Part shown: positions 63,425 through 64,000 of the stretch, piece by piece | How the letters are laid out: each line of letters starts with the position of its first letter | How positions within the stretch are numbered: the stretch's first letter is position 1 | Program-made: the position numbers and the translations under genes | Assembly (NCBI RefSeq): GCF_009914755.1 | Contig: NC_060948.1 | Source: the human T2T-CHM13v2.0 reference genome, Homo sapiens | Direction: 5' to 3' (one strand) | Length of the DNA: 64,000 nt | Notes under the pieces: model-generated | The model's database searches: none | The model's input: the letters and a program-made list of their open reading frames with translations, nothing else | What the model was told of the DNA's origin: nothing

Positions 63425-63945
63425 AATGACATAGAAATACCACTCCAGAGTTATATACCCCAAAAGATTTAAAGACAGAAACTCAGATACTTGTAAGCCA
63501 ATGCCCTTTGCAGCAGCATTCACAATGACCAGAAGGTAGACAAAACCCTCATATCTATAGACAGACAAATGGATAAACAAATTGTGTTGTTTATGCAGTG
63601 GAATATTATTCAGCCATAAAAAGGAAGGGAGCTCAGATATCTTTTACAACATAGATGAGCCTTGATGACATGCTAAATGAAATAAGTCAACCACAAAAGG
63701 ACACATATTGTCCAGTTCCACTTATATGAGGTACCTGGAGTAGTCAAATTTATAGAGACAGAAAGTACAATAATGGGTGCCAGGTGCTGGGGGAGGGGAA
63801 AAATGAACAGTTACTGTGTTATGGGTACAGAATGATAAAACTATTTTTCAAAATAGAGAGTGGTGTTGGCTGCATCACAGTGTAAACATAATTAATGTCA
63901 CCGAATTGCACTCTTAAAAGTGGTAGAAAATGCTATATATAAAAT
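63425..63945 (+). mobile_element. L1MB-like 3' fragment
   Basis: GGAATATTATTCAGCCATAAAAAGGAA, TCCACTTATATGAGGTACCT and TAGTCAAATTTATAGAGACAGAAAGTA are L1MB 3' hallmarks. Confidence 0.8.
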
Positions 63946-64000
63946 TAGCAATTTCAAACCCTTATATGTATATATTTATTTTATATTATTTATTATATAG

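Overview
Primate (almost certainly human) genomic DNA with no intact protein-coding region. The first ~2.5 kb reads as a 3'UTR ending in AATAAA (2493-2498). From memory, not from a search, I recognise it as the NLGN4Y last exon, which would make this chrY sequence downstream of that gene. The rest is AT-rich intergenic DNA dominated by transposons. There are two nested LINE-1 clusters facing tail-to-tail. The first (17.7-34.7 kb, +) is an older L1PA7/8-like host containing a near-full-length L1PA3/4-like element and a 6.4 kb HERV-K(HML-5)/LTR22-type provirus with a tRNA-Met primer site. The second (39.9-49.7 kb, -) is another L1PA7/8-like host containing a full-length L1PA4-like element, which itself carries a young AluYa5 with a perfect 16-bp TSD. 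Also present are ~15 Alus, Tigger/MER MITEs, MIRs, an MST LTR and an LTR12-type solo LTR. All retroelement ORFs are disrupted. I found no evidence for a novel biological system. The findings concern insertion chronology, repair scars and possible TE-derived regulatory sites. Subfamily names come from recalled consensus features and need RepeatMasker/Dfam confirmation.
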